The notes beneath the pieces are model-generated. The model saw only the letters and a program-made list of their open reading frames with translations. It was not told the origin of the DNA and made no database searches. Below are positions 39,823 through 49,703 of a stretch of 64,000 nucleotides of DNA, one piece after another. Numbering within the stretch: position 1 is the first letter of the stretch; the number at the start of each line of letters is the position of its first letter. Both the position numbers and the translations under genes were made by a program. The DNA comes from a virus, in the IMG/VR virus record IMGVR_UViG_3300021138_000007, positions 32,001 through 96,000 of that record. One strand, 5' to 3'.

Positions 39823-40631
39823 AATTTCTTTCTAACTCTGATAGGAGGAAGCAAAATTTCTGAACTCTTTTGGGTAAACTTTTGCTTGTTTGCAGTGGCC
39901 TGTAAATCAGCTAAATTTAAATCAATACGAAACTTCTTGTCTGTAGCCAAACAACAATAAATGCCGTCACCGACAGGATATACATCAGAAGTATTAGTGA
40001 AAGGAGAAAGTATTTCCCACTCTCCATTATCTAAAGCCACAATGGTTCCAAAAGGCAATGTACTTCGAGTATTAGTCTCTACAACAGCATCGCCAGATAA
40101 TGTATCATAATCTTTACTGATCATTCCTAAACGACGTTTTCCTTCAATACTTAAATCTTCGTTTTCAATATCGTCTAACATATCAATATCGTCCATAATC
40201 AAAGTGCGCTCTTGAATGTTACCATTTTTATCTTTAGTTAAAACTTTAGCAACATTATCCCCATTGTCTGAAACGCTATTGGCATTTAATTCCTTAAATA
40301 AAGCATCTGTAATTGCGTTATGTTGTTTAATCTGCTCGTCATTTAAAACAGGCTCAACAGTTTTCACATGATTTAATTCTCCATAAAGAACTAATGCTCT
40401 CATTGCCATAGAAGCAAAATCTGCCTGTGCGTCTTCTTTAACAGCATTAATGCAAGCCTGAGCAATTCTTGCCGCTGCCAATAAACCGCCAGTAGGCATA
40501 ACTCCCACTTGATCCATAAAATGCTTCTTTAAAGCATTTAAAACAATTTGCTCTTCATTACTTAATCCAGAAGTTTGAATCTTTGATTCAAATAATGCCT
40601 GTCCACGTTGCTGATTGTAATCTAATGTCAT
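39819..40631 (-). CDS. Hypothetical protein
   Basis: 270-aa ORF with GGAG SD. Confidence 0.65.
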   Translation of the reverse strand: MTLDYNQQRGQALFESKIQTSGLSNEEQIVLNALKKHFMDQVGVMPTGGLLAAARIAQACINAVKEDAQADFASMAMRALVLYGELNHVKTVEPVLNDEQIKQHNAITDALFKELNANSVSDNGDNVAKVLTKDKNGNIQERTLIMDDIDMLDDIENEDLSIEGKRRLGMISKDYDTLSGDAVVETNTRSTLPFGTIVALDNGEWEILSPFTNTSDVYPVGDGIYCCLATDKKFRIDLNLADLQATANKQKFTQKSSEILLPPIRVRKKF

Positions 40632-40652
40632 TTTTGTTTTTCTCCATTAATA

Positions 40653-41285
40653 ATGTTAATTTATACAAAATTTGCCATTATTAATGGAGAGGTGATGTGT
40701 ATGAGTAGGAATCCAGCGTATAATGCGTTTTTAAATAAAGTAAATGAAACAATTGTCAATGAGGCTGAAAATAACTTTTTTGGAAAAGTTCCGAAACAAA
40801 ACGTAATTCAAGATGGAACAGCTATTACAAAAGCTATGCTTATTACTTATGAAGCTAAAGACACAGATTACGCCAGTAATGGTAAACCTATGGGTAATTT
40901 GAGACTATCAGAAAAAATGGGAATTGCACCCTGGAAAGCTGTATTACTTAGAATGAGTGATAAATTAAGCAGAATCGAAAGCTTTATTCAAAGAGGCGAA
41001 TATTCTGTTGAAGATGAAAAAGTCACAGATACACTTATTGACTTTGCAAACTATGCATTGCTAGGAAGATGTTTATTTGATGAATATTTTGAAGATCAAA
41101 AAACAAACAATGTTTTAGATGCTCAAACAAATTGGCTCAGTTTGTCATATCTGTGTGTGAAATCAAAACTACTTTATGAATATAACAAAAATGAAGAATA
41201 TGAAACAATAAAGTGGAGCCAAAATAATTGGGAACAAGTTAAATATTACTTTGAACTTCTTTGTGAATTCGCAAGAAGCGTATAA
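40653..41285 (+). CDS. DUF1599-like nucleotide-modification-associated (MazG-like) protein
   Basis: KDTDYA...VLLRMSDKLSRI...EKVTDTLIDFANYALL; real start probably near 40695-40701. Confidence 0.75.
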   Translation: MLIYTKFAIINGEVMCMSRNPAYNAFLNKVNETIVNEAENNFFGKVPKQNVIQDGTAITKAMLITYEAKDTDYASNGKPMGNLRLSEKMGIAPWKAVLLRMSDKLSRIESFIQRGEYSVEDEKVTDTLIDFANYALLGRCLFDEYFEDQKTNNVLDAQTNWLSLSYLCVKSKLLYEYNKNEEYETIKWSQNNWEQVKYYFELLCEFARSV

Positions 41286-41310
41286 CGGAATCATTAATAC
41301 TATCCTTTGT

Positions 41311-41336
41311 AGGAATTTAAGCTATTATGGAAGAAT
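41311..41336 (+). promoter_or_regulatory. SigH-type (putative late) promoter
   Basis: AGGA-N18-GAAT upstream of 41375. Confidence 0.6.
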
Positions 41337-41374
41337 ATTCTTTTATAATAGCTTAAGCTTAAATAGAGGATAAT

Positions 41375-42238
41375 ATGCCCATTTTACCACCAGAACTTAT
41401 ATCGACTTGGTATATTATGTATGATACCAGTACAGGTAATCCTACATATAGACTATTAGAAAATTGGTCTGAATCACAATCACAATCTGTTACGCCTAAA
41501 CCGCTCTTGCAAGGTGATATAGGTACGCATGTAATGGATATTGGAGGGATTAAATATACAACAACAATTAATTCTCCTGTTGTGATTGTGGAAACTAATG
41601 GAGGAACAGATATTACATCTGTTTTTGATTTATTATTAACTAGCTTTAATGTTATTTTTGATCCAACATTACAAAGCGATCCAAATCTTACTTATATTCT
41701 TAAATCAGCCGCCATAAACATAAGACAAGAAGGCGTTACTGTGGACTTAACATATTGGTCTAGCCAACCAGGAGCATTTCAACCAGCTTACATTAGCCCA
41801 TTTGATTTTATCGCAAGAACAGCTAGATTTTATGATACTACCTTCGTGGTTAATGATTCAGACGTCACTGGTAATTATCAAATTATAACTGGCTCAATCA
41901 ATATTGATGTGAATTTATCTGAAAATTATTTTATTAATACAGGTTCACAATTGCCTTATTTTGGTATACAGGGTTACACTGTTAAAGGTAATGTGGATAT
42001 ATTGGCGACACCTATCACCAATACCTCTAATAATATCTTTGATAGGTTTTTTGTTACAGCACAAAGTCCTGGTATATTAAATACAATTAATGCCAATACA
42101 TCATTAAAAATTGGCAACGTACAATTAAATTTAGGGCAAACTAGCGTAGTCAATAATTCAAGTATTAAAATGTCACCTAATCAACCAACTACAGTGAAAT
42201 TAGAATTCAACTCTTATGTTAGATATACATCTGTATAA
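41375..42238 (+). CDS. Putative virion structural protein (tail-tube-like)
   Basis: Beta-rich, T/N/S-rich, low charge; preceded by SD and putative late promoter. Confidence 0.4.
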   Translation: MPILPPELISTWYIMYDTSTGNPTYRLLENWSESQSQSVTPKPLLQGDIGTHVMDIGGIKYTTTINSPVVIVETNGGTDITSVFDLLLTSFNVIFDPTLQSDPNLTYILKSAAINIRQEGVTVDLTYWSSQPGAFQPAYISPFDFIARTARFYDTTFVVNDSDVTGNYQIITGSINIDVNLSENYFINTGSQLPYFGIQGYTVKGNVDILATPITNTSNNIFDRFFVTAQSPGILNTINANTSLKIGNVQLNLGQTSVVNNSSIKMSPNQPTTVKLEFNSYVRYTSV

Positions 42239-42836
42239 TTGTTGTACTATGCCTAAAAAGACAAAGAAAACTAAACCAAAAGCTCCCACTGTTAAAAAAG
42301 CTTTTGTGTTTCACACAGTGACACCAGAAGAAAACTTACCAGATGGATCATTGCTTCTGAAATTTACCATTCCTGGAAGACCAGCAACTAAAAAAACACA
42401 CCAAAGAATTGTTAGACTTGGTGGTTTTAATCGCATACTTCCCTCTATACAATATGAAAAATATGAAAAAGAATGCAAAAAATACTGTGAAGATGTTTGG
42501 AAGAAAATAGGTAAACCACCTATGGATTTTGGAGTTTCAGTATGTATAAAAATTGCTGTTGATACTTGGGTGCTGGGAGATGTAACTGGATATCAACAAG
42601 CAATAGGAGATATTCTTGAAAAACATGGAGTCATAGCAGATGATATGTGGATTCATTGGACAGATGAAGATACTCATACGATGTTGGAACCAGATAAAGT
42701 CAATCCAAGAGTTGAAATTACTATCAGAAGATTTAGACATCCTAAAGAAAATTATAGAATTCAACAAGAAAATGACGAAAATAGAAAAATAGCTAAAAGA
42801 TTAGCCAAAAATAAGGATCAAGATGGCACAACTTAA
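42216..42836 (+). CDS. rusA: RusA-like Holliday junction resolvase
   Basis: FTIPGRPATKK...DVTGYQQAIGDIL...IADD...NPRVEITI. Confidence 0.75.
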   Translation: MLDIHLYNCCTMPKKTKKTKPKAPTVKKAFVFHTVTPEENLPDGSLLLKFTIPGRPATKKTHQRIVRLGGFNRILPSIQYEKYEKECKKYCEDVWKKIGKPPMDFGVSVCIKIAVDTWVLGDVTGYQQAIGDILEKHGVIADDMWIHWTDEDTHTMLEPDKVNPRVEITIRRFRHPKENYRIQQENDENRKIAKRLAKNKDQDGTT

Positions 42837-43152
42837 AACAATTAATATTATTGATATCAAAGGCTTGAACGATGATGAAATTATAGAAGTCGCTCAAAAT
42901 TTAGAAGATGATGATCCAAGTACACTTTACTTTTTAGTATCATTTGAACTTCAATTTTCTCTAGAAGAACAAGATAATAAAACATTGCTGACGCTTGAAA
43001 TCAAAGACGCAGAACAAAGCGATTTTGAAAATTTCGTCTACAATTTGGCGTATGTACCTGATTATTATGATGATTTGATCATTAAAGTCATTAATGCGGA
43101 TCAATATAATACCGATAAACTCGAAGGATTTACAATCAAAGAAGAAAAATGA
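42823..43152 (+). CDS. Acidic hypothetical protein
   Basis: ORF track; SD AAGGA. Confidence 0.55.
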   Translation: MAQLKTINIIDIKGLNDDEIIEVAQNLEDDDPSTLYFLVSFELQFSLEEQDNKTLLTLEIKDAEQSDFENFVYNLAYVPDYYDDLIIKVINADQYNTDKLEGFTIKEEK

Positions 43153-43159
43153 TAGATGT

Positions 43160-43429
43160 ATGGTAGAAATTTTTACATTCGAGCAATTTTCAGATGATAA
43201 AATCAAATTAATGTGGAATACCCTTTATAATCTCTACATTATTAAAGACAAACCTGTGGGGTGGAAATTAACTCCTCCATTCCTTGATTCTCTTTGTGTG
43301 TTGCTTAATGTTCCAACAGAACCTACATATAATTTAATTTTGAAAGAAAAATTTTTGGGTGTAGGAATTGATATAACAACTAAACAACCTTGCTTGATTG
43401 GAGAAAATGGTTTTTTTGTTCTATATTAA
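43160..43429 (+). CDS. Hypothetical protein
   Basis: Internal ATG (MVEIF) of tracked ORF 43094..43429, just after the upstream stop. Confidence 0.45.
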   Translation: MVEIFTFEQFSDDKIKLMWNTLYNLYIIKDKPVGWKLTPPFLDSLCVLLNVPTEPTYNLILKEKFLGVGIDITTKQPCLIGENGFFVLY

Positions 43430-43433
43430 TATT

Positions 43434-43490
43434 TAAAAATTCCTTCATAATCCCAAGCTTTTTAGGCTTGGGATTATGAAGGAATTTTTA
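43434..43490. terminator. Long perfect hairpin, probable bidirectional terminator
   Basis: 25-bp perfect inverted repeat with 7-nt loop between convergent genes. Confidence 0.7.
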
Positions 43491-43501
43491 TTTCAACAAT
43501 A

Positions 43502-44062
43502 CTAAACGTTTTCACTACTTAATTTCTTTGTAATAGGATTATATATAATAATGTGCTTGTTCTTTTTACGAGCATACTCTACACAATTATAAGTTCCACC
43601 CTTGGGATTTCCATCAAATACAGCTAACAAAGTATCTGATTGATCCACCATATAATGGTTTCGCGCATGTAACCAACCAACAACACTGCGATCATGATTG
43701 TAAACAGCAGCATCCTCGGCATCTAAAAGCTCATCTAAACTATATACACGCTTTTCACTCACAACATAAATAGTATCAGAATTTTGAGCAATATTTACCC
43801 AATTATTTACATGCCTGTCTGTCCATGATTTCTTTGTTTGACCAATAAAAGGCACAGCGGCAACCAAATTAATGTCATCCCGAAACTGCTTTTCTTCTAC
43901 TAAAATTTTACCAGCAATCTGATCTACGCCAATCGCCATACCAGTGTAAAAAGTTCGATAATCTTTATTAAGTGAAGAACGTATCAAACGACGCAATGCT
44001 TCCTCAACCAATAAATCTTTCCCATAAAGATTGCGATGACCTGTAAATGCGAGAGTTTTCAT
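43502..44062 (-). CDS. SLOG-family protein (YspA/DUF1273-like)
   Basis: AFTGHR, GMAIGVD, VPF, RNHYMVD...AVFDG..GGT. Confidence 0.88.
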   Translation of the reverse strand: MKTLAFTGHRNLYGKDLLVEEALRRLIRSSLNKDYRTFYTGMAIGVDQIAGKILVEEKQFRDDINLVAAVPFIGQTKKSWTDRHVNNWVNIAQNSDTIYVVSEKRVYSLDELLDAEDAAVYNHDRSVVGWLHARNHYMVDQSDTLLAVFDGNPKGGTYNCVEYARKKNKHIIIYNPITKKLSSENV

Positions 44063-44216
44063 AAAAACTTCTACGCTCTTTATTCTTCTAAAATTGTTAT
44101 TTTCAAATACATTTTTAGAAAAAACTGCCTATAATTAAATGTTCATGAAAAAATTGTATAAACATTTATATACGAAACCCTTTCGTGAATAAATTGAAAT
44201 GAGGTATATACCAAAA

Positions 44217-44570
44217 ATGATTCCACAAGATATTCTCAACGACATGGATTCTGATACTCTTCCAGAAACTACAGTGACTGCGCAGCCTGTAATTAGCGAT
44301 GAAGATTATCAGAGACTTGCTGTTCTCCGTAATACAATTATCGCTCTTAAAGCCGATAAATCAGATATCGCTGATGCTATCGAAGCCCGTAAACTTGCGC
44401 TACAGGAAGCCGAAGATGCATTGCTGTCTGTGAAAACACAGATTGAAGAAAATGCTAAAAAGCTTCAGGAAACGCTCGATGAAGTCATCGGGCCACTTGG
44501 TCTTGAAGGACAATTCCAAATTGCAGATGACTCCCCGCACTACGTAACTCCTATGTCTGCTCAACAGTAA
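44217..44570 (+). CDS. Small acidic coiled-coil protein
   Basis: GAGG SD before MIPQD; terminator hairpin near 44583-44624. Confidence 0.6.
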   Translation: MIPQDILNDMDSDTLPETTVTAQPVISDEDYQRLAVLRNTIIALKADKSDIADAIEARKLALQEAEDALLSVKTQIEENAKKLQETLDEVIGPLGLEGQFQIADDSPHYVTPMSAQQ

Positions 44571-44641
44571 GAAAATTCTTACAAATTAAAATAGCATCAT
44601 AGAGATATGATGCTATTTTAATTTAAGGTATACTAAAAATT

Positions 44642-45253
44642 ATGAACTTCGATTTATCATTATTTATTAGAGAAAGTAATTTAATTGATCCACAACCTGA
44701 TCAAAACGGTGGAGTCATTCCTGGCGCATTGCCAGGTGATCTACTTTATGATAATCAGAAAAATGCGTGGGATTATATAGAATCAATTAAAAATGATAAA
44801 CAATGGACAAAAGATGTACCACTGAATATACATCGCCTACTTACAAAAGATGTGCCATTTTTTGAATATAATAACTTTTCAGGAAAATATCGCACTTATA
44901 ATGTAACAGTAGGAGGTCACGCATGCCCTGCTTTTTATACCGTTCCAGGATTAATGGAAGATATATTAATACCGAAAATTAATCAACTCTTTAAAGGAGT
45001 GGAAATAGGAAAAATTGATAAAGATGTCGCCGCATGGTGGGTACATAACTGTTTTGAATGCATTCACCCATTCGTAGATGGAAATGGAAGAACAGGAAGA
45101 TTAATGCTTAATGCTTTTCTTTTAGCCAATCAAGGCGAACCCGAAATCGTGTACTTTAATAAAAGATTCGAGTACTATAATAAAATACAAACATTTAGAA
45201 ATGAAAGATTTGGAGATATTCTTAATGAATACTATGAAAAATTTGTATCCTAA
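44642..45253 (+). CDS. Fic-domain protein
   Basis: Canonical HPFVDGNGRTGR. Confidence 0.95.
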   Translation: MNFDLSLFIRESNLIDPQPDQNGGVIPGALPGDLLYDNQKNAWDYIESIKNDKQWTKDVPLNIHRLLTKDVPFFEYNNFSGKYRTYNVTVGGHACPAFYTVPGLMEDILIPKINQLFKGVEIGKIDKDVAAWWVHNCFECIHPFVDGNGRTGRLMLNAFLLANQGEPEIVYFNKRFEYYNKIQTFRNERFGDILNEYYEKFVS

Positions 45254-45270
45254 AGAACGATAATAAATAT

Positions 45271-45957
45271 ATGAAAACTTATACTATTAGCCCCAGTGAC
45301 TTAACATTCCTTTGGAAATCAAAAAGATGCTTTTATCTTAAATATGCACTTAATATCCAAAGACCAAGAATGCCCTTTCCACAAATATTTAATGAAATTG
45401 ATGCATTAATGAAAGCAGAATTTAAAGATAAAAATCTTAATGACTTACATCCAAGTCTTCCAAAAGCAAAAGTATTAGATTTAAGTGAATGGGTGGAGAG
45501 TGTACCTTTTGCTGTTCCAGAATATGATATGCAAATTGTTATTAGAGGCAAAGTTGATACTGTTATTCAATTTGAAGATAATACATATGGCATTGTTGAT
45601 AATAAAACTGCAAAAGTAGATAAACTTGAAGACTATAAATTAGCCATGAATGCATATGCATTTGCAACAGAACATTCAGCGGAAAAAGAAAAATATGGTA
45701 AAAAAGATTTATCTATATCGCCAATTAGTAAATTGGGTTTGATTGTATATGAACCAAATCTTTTCACACTAGAACAAGAAGGCAATCTAAAAGGATCAAT
45801 TCATTGGGTGGAAATAGAAAAAAATACAGATGCATTTCTTAAATTTTTAGGAAAAAGAGTTGCACCACTTCTTGCACAAAAAGAAGTACCCGCACCAGAA
45901 GAAAATGATGAATGGTATAAATATGTAGAAAACTTTTACGTATCAACAGAGGAATAA
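45271..45957 (+). CDS. PD-(D/E)XK nuclease superfamily protein
   Basis: ISPSDL, GKVD...IVDNKT...AYAF. Confidence 0.8.
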   Translation: MKTYTISPSDLTFLWKSKRCFYLKYALNIQRPRMPFPQIFNEIDALMKAEFKDKNLNDLHPSLPKAKVLDLSEWVESVPFAVPEYDMQIVIRGKVDTVIQFEDNTYGIVDNKTAKVDKLEDYKLAMNAYAFATEHSAEKEKYGKKDLSISPISKLGLIVYEPNLFTLEQEGNLKGSIHWVEIEKNTDAFLKFLGKRVAPLLAQKEVPAPEENDEWYKYVENFYVSTEE

Positions 45958-45959
45958 AT

Positions 45960-46235
45960 ATGAAAATTATGCAATTCCAATTGTTTAAAGAATTAACAAA
46001 AAATTGGTATGAATATCCCAAAAATGTTAGAAGAAAACAACTGCTATATTTATTAAAACCTAAAACATATTTTGATGTTCTGCGCTTAACAATAACAAGA
46101 AAAGCAAAATATCAACTATTTGATCCTTTTTTATGCTATGATATAATTAAAACAGGAATGTATGGACAAACATATAGCGCAGACATACATGTTGCACCAA
46201 TGATACCGTGTATTAAAAATAATGATGATAAATAA
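45960..46235 (+). CDS. Hypothetical protein
   Basis: ORF track; SD GAGGA. Confidence 0.45.
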   Translation: MKIMQFQLFKELTKNWYEYPKNVRRKQLLYLLKPKTYFDVLRLTITRKAKYQLFDPFLCYDIIKTGMYGQTYSADIHVAPMIPCIKNNDDK

Positions 46236-46830
46236 AGATTTAATTGAAGTTAATTTGAAATATGATATCTACGATTACAAAAATGCTTTAAACATATTGC
46301 AAAAAAATTATGCCAAAGAGTATAATGAAATAATCGAATGTTTAAAATTGATCGTAATATCGAAAGATGATATTGTTGAGAATGGAGGTAATCAATCTAA
46401 TATTGCAAAAAATATTAAATCAATATTTAAAAATAAATATTGGAAAGATGAATGTCAAATATCTGCAAAAATTAGCGATCATGATATATACACTTCACAT
46501 CATATAGATTTGTTTAAAAATAATATTGCTATAGAAGTGGAATGGAATAATAAAGATACTTTTTTCGACAGAGATATTCTAAACAATAACAAACTCTATA
46601 ACAAAGAGAAAATTTCACTGGCTGTAATTATTACAAGGAGCGATGATTTACAAGAAGTTTTTAATATACTAAATAAAGGAACTTCGTATGGAAGTTCCAC
46701 TACACATATAGGTAAAATTAAAAACAAATTACTAGGAACAGAATGCCCAACAATTGTATTTGGCATAAAGCCAGAATTGATTTCTGAACAGCAATTTGAA
46801 AAACAAAAATCTCTCTTCGATTATTTTTAA
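46222..46830 (+). CDS. BglII/BstYI-family restriction endonuclease-like protein, no adjacent methyltransferase
   Basis: GGN.S.IA, HHIDLFKNNIAIEVEWNNKDTFFDRD, VIITRSDDLQ, YGSSTTH. Confidence 0.8.
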   Translation: MMINKDLIEVNLKYDIYDYKNALNILQKNYAKEYNEIIECLKLIVISKDDIVENGGNQSNIAKNIKSIFKNKYWKDECQISAKISDHDIYTSHHIDLFKNNIAIEVEWNNKDTFFDRDILNNNKLYNKEKISLAVIITRSDDLQEVFNILNKGTSYGSSTTHIGKIKNKLLGTECPTIVFGIKPELISEQQFEKQKSLFDYF

Positions 46831-46846
46831 TAATAAAAGAATAACT

Positions 46847-47449
46847 ATGAAAAAACAAGAACTAGATCAAATAATTAAAAGAAGAGGAATTCTATCAGAA
46901 GGACAAATTGAAGAACAATTTCCTAGAAGAAGATTCTCTCCCTCTATATCAAGAGATGTGTACTATGGAGCAAATGTTCCAGTGCAAGTCCTGTCAAGAT
47001 GGGTGATGGGATTAACTACGCATGATTCACCGTATATCGTAATCTCTATCACCGATCCTGGACAAAATCAATCACCAGACGAACAAGATCATGCGAAAAT
47101 TCCTCAATCTCCAAATCTTAAAGCTATTCTCCCAGTATCATTCTATGATACGAATATAGATTATGAAAATGAAGAAAAAACTTATCCATGTATCAATGAT
47201 CAACAAGCTGCAAGAATTGCTAAATTCTTGATGCAACATATAGTAAATAATAAACAAACTCCTATTGTGGTTTGTCATTGTGAAGCTGGTATTTCAAGAA
47301 GTTCTGGACTCGCGGCGGCGATAGTTAAATTCTTTGATGATGATAATGATGGGATGTGGATTTCTAATCATTTTTATCCCAATATGACGGTATTTATTAA
47401 AGTGTTTAATGCTCTTCAAAATGAATACATTAATTCGAAAAAGAAATAA
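46847..47449 (+). CDS. Protein tyrosine/dual-specificity phosphatase-like protein
   Basis: ISITDP, HCEAGISRS (CX5R), PN. Confidence 0.85.
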   Translation: MKKQELDQIIKRRGILSEGQIEEQFPRRRFSPSISRDVYYGANVPVQVLSRWVMGLTTHDSPYIVISITDPGQNQSPDEQDHAKIPQSPNLKAILPVSFYDTNIDYENEEKTYPCINDQQAARIAKFLMQHIVNNKQTPIVVCHCEAGISRSSGLAAAIVKFFDDDNDGMWISNHFYPNMTVFIKVFNALQNEYINSKKK

Positions 47450-47483
47450 ATTCTCATAAGGTTAAATTGTATAATTTAATCTT

Positions 47484-48773
47484 ATGAGAATAGGTGTGAT
47501 TGGAACAGGATATGTCGGACTTGTACATGCGGCTGTAATGGCTGAAATTGGACATGAAGTTCTTTGCGCTGATATTGATTTTGATAAAATAAATCAGCTT
47601 AGAAAAGGCGAATGCCCTATCTATGAACCAGGACTTCATGAACTTCTTGTTGCACATACAAAAAATGATAGGATATTCTATACTAGTGATATTCTACAAT
47701 GTGCTAAATATGCAGATATTATCTTTATATGTGTTGGAACTCCCCCAAATAAAGACGGATCACCAAATCTTTCCTTTGTGCAAGATGTAGCACAAACAAT
47801 AGCTAAAGCAATTGATAAATATAAAATCATTGTTAATAAATCTACTGTTCCAGTGGGTACTGCTAAATTAGTCTCTAATATCATAAAACAACATCAAATT
47901 ACTCCAGCGCCATTTGATGTTGTAAGTAATCCAGAATTCCTTCGAGAAGGTAACGCCGTCAAAGACGCCTTCAATGGAGATAGAATCGTTATAGGAAGCA
48001 ATTCATGGAAAGCATCAGATGAAATGATGCAACTCTATGCTCAACTTAATACACGAATACTTATTACTGATACTGAAAGCGCCGAAATGATCAAATATGC
48101 CGCTAATGCATTTCTTGCACTTAAAATAAGCTTTATTAACTCTGTGGCAGATATATGCGAACAAACTGGAGCGAATGTAGAAGAAGTAGCAAGAGGTATT
48201 GGAAGCGATTCTAGAATTGGATCACAATTTCTTAAAGCAGGACTTGGATATGGAGGATCATGTTTTGGTAAAGATGTAGACGCATTTATTCATCTGGCAG
48301 ATCAATATGATATCGATTTTAATATCCTTAAAGCAACTAAATTAGTAAATCAAAATCGAACTGCTAAATTTATTGAAAGAATTAGAGAACAACTTTCTTC
48401 ATTAAATGATAGAAATATTGCAGTACTAGGATTGTCTTTTAAACCAAATACTGATGATATGAGAGATGCTAAATCTATTCCTTTAATTAAACAATTAATT
48501 CAAGAAGGAGCATTTGTAAAAGCATACGATCCTGTTGCGATTCCACAAGCCAGAAAACTAATCCCAAATATTACATACGCTAAAGATGCATATGATGCAT
48601 GTGAAACAGCAGACGCTGTGATTATATGTACTGAATGGGATGAATTTAAACAACTTGAATGGGAATATATAGCTAATAATATGCGTGACCCAATTATGTT
48701 TGATGGAAGGAATATGTTTGAAAAAGAAGAAATAGAAAAATTAGGGTGGAGCTATTTTAGTATAGGAAGATAA
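47484..48773 (+). CDS. ugd: UDP-glucose 6-dehydrogenase
   Basis: GTGYVG, CVGTP, KSTVP, NPEFLREG, GYGGSCF, FKPNTDDMR, DGRN. Confidence 0.97.
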   Translation: MRIGVIGTGYVGLVHAAVMAEIGHEVLCADIDFDKINQLRKGECPIYEPGLHELLVAHTKNDRIFYTSDILQCAKYADIIFICVGTPPNKDGSPNLSFVQDVAQTIAKAIDKYKIIVNKSTVPVGTAKLVSNIIKQHQITPAPFDVVSNPEFLREGNAVKDAFNGDRIVIGSNSWKASDEMMQLYAQLNTRILITDTESAEMIKYAANAFLALKISFINSVADICEQTGANVEEVARGIGSDSRIGSQFLKAGLGYGGSCFGKDVDAFIHLADQYDIDFNILKATKLVNQNRTAKFIERIREQLSSLNDRNIAVLGLSFKPNTDDMRDAKSIPLIKQLIQEGAFVKAYDPVAIPQARKLIPNITYAKDAYDACETADAVIICTEWDEFKQLEWEYIANNMRDPIMFDGRNMFEKEEIEKLGWSYFSIGR

Positions 48774-48789
48774 AGCTCCAATAAAGAAT
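48764..48789 (+). promoter_or_regulatory. SigH-type (putative late) promoter
   Basis: AGGA-N18-GAAT, then SD and ATG 48809. Confidence 0.6.
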
Positions 48790-48808
48790 ATAAATACAGG
48801 AGCTTAAA

Positions 48809-49309
48809 ATGAGTCAACAAACAACAGTAAAAATAGCAGAAGTCCTTGGGCAAATGAATGGAGTAATTAACTCTATGGAAGAACAAGGATTATTCGAAGA
48901 AGCAAATGCTTTGAATAAAGTATTTCATAAAATTGCTTGCGATAATTGTCAATGCGGAACTGAAGAATCCACAAATATGACACAACAATTTAGTAATGAA
49001 ATGTCTAATCAAGACGAACCAGATTTTGAAGTCGAAATGGCACATAATCAACTTAGCACAGCGAAAAGAGCAATTCAACAATTACAAGAAACACTTGGTG
49101 TTCATGAAAAAAATCTTCCTGCCTGGGTGCAGTCTAAACTTACAACTGCTGTTGATTATTTAGATACTATTAGCGATTATATGAAAAGCGATAAAGATGG
49201 CGTAGAAATGGAAGATAATGAAGCCGTTCCTATGAAAGCTAAATCATTCAATATGACTGTAGATTCACCTAAAACATCTGCCCCTGCATTCAAGATCACA
49301 GTTGAATAA
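48809..49309 (+). CDS. Putative head-associated protein
   Basis: GLFEEANAL...KIA module and MAHNQL...LPAWVQSKLT.A.DYL phage domain. Confidence 0.55.
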   Translation: MSQQTTVKIAEVLGQMNGVINSMEEQGLFEEANALNKVFHKIACDNCQCGTEESTNMTQQFSNEMSNQDEPDFEVEMAHNQLSTAKRAIQQLQETLGVHEKNLPAWVQSKLTTAVDYLDTISDYMKSDKDGVEMEDNEAVPMKAKSFNMTVDSPKTSAPAFKITVE

Positions 49310-49334
49310 CTTTTAAGAAGAAATAGGAAATTTC

Positions 49335-49652
49335 CTATTTCTTCTTAAAAAATCCCTTCTTACTCTCTAATTCTAAAATCTTAGCCTCTAATTGATCATT
49401 CTTGGCAAGTAATTTTGCAACTTTATCCTTTAATTCAATCACTTCCTCAGGATCATCACTTGCGTCATCACTAATAGTCCAAATATTGCTATGATTATTA
49501 GGGCATTGAAAATTCTTTCCATCAGTCCTGCGGCGACGATAAAAATCTTTTGTAACACCAAATTTAATGCAACATGTTGCACATGTTATTGGAATTAAAT
49601 CATCATCGTCAAATTGATTTAAATATTCTTGAGTTGCTTTGCTTAATCTCAT
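49335..49652 (-). CDS. Zinc-binding hypothetical protein
   Basis: CATC...CPNNH plus coiled coil. Confidence 0.6.
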   Translation of the reverse strand: MRLSKATQEYLNQFDDDDLIPITCATCCIKFGVTKDFYRRRRTDGKNFQCPNNHSNIWTISDDASDDPEEVIELKDKVAKLLAKNDQLEAKILELESKKGFFKKK

Positions 49653-49703
49653 ATGTTTTTCTCTTTAAAGGTATGTTTAATTGTAAAATGTAATTATTGT
49701 ATT

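Noticed and set aside
45271-45957. Cas4 / CRISPR adaptation gene
   Set aside because: Lacks the four Fe-S cysteines and has no array or other cas genes nearby; generic PD-(D/E)XK nuclease
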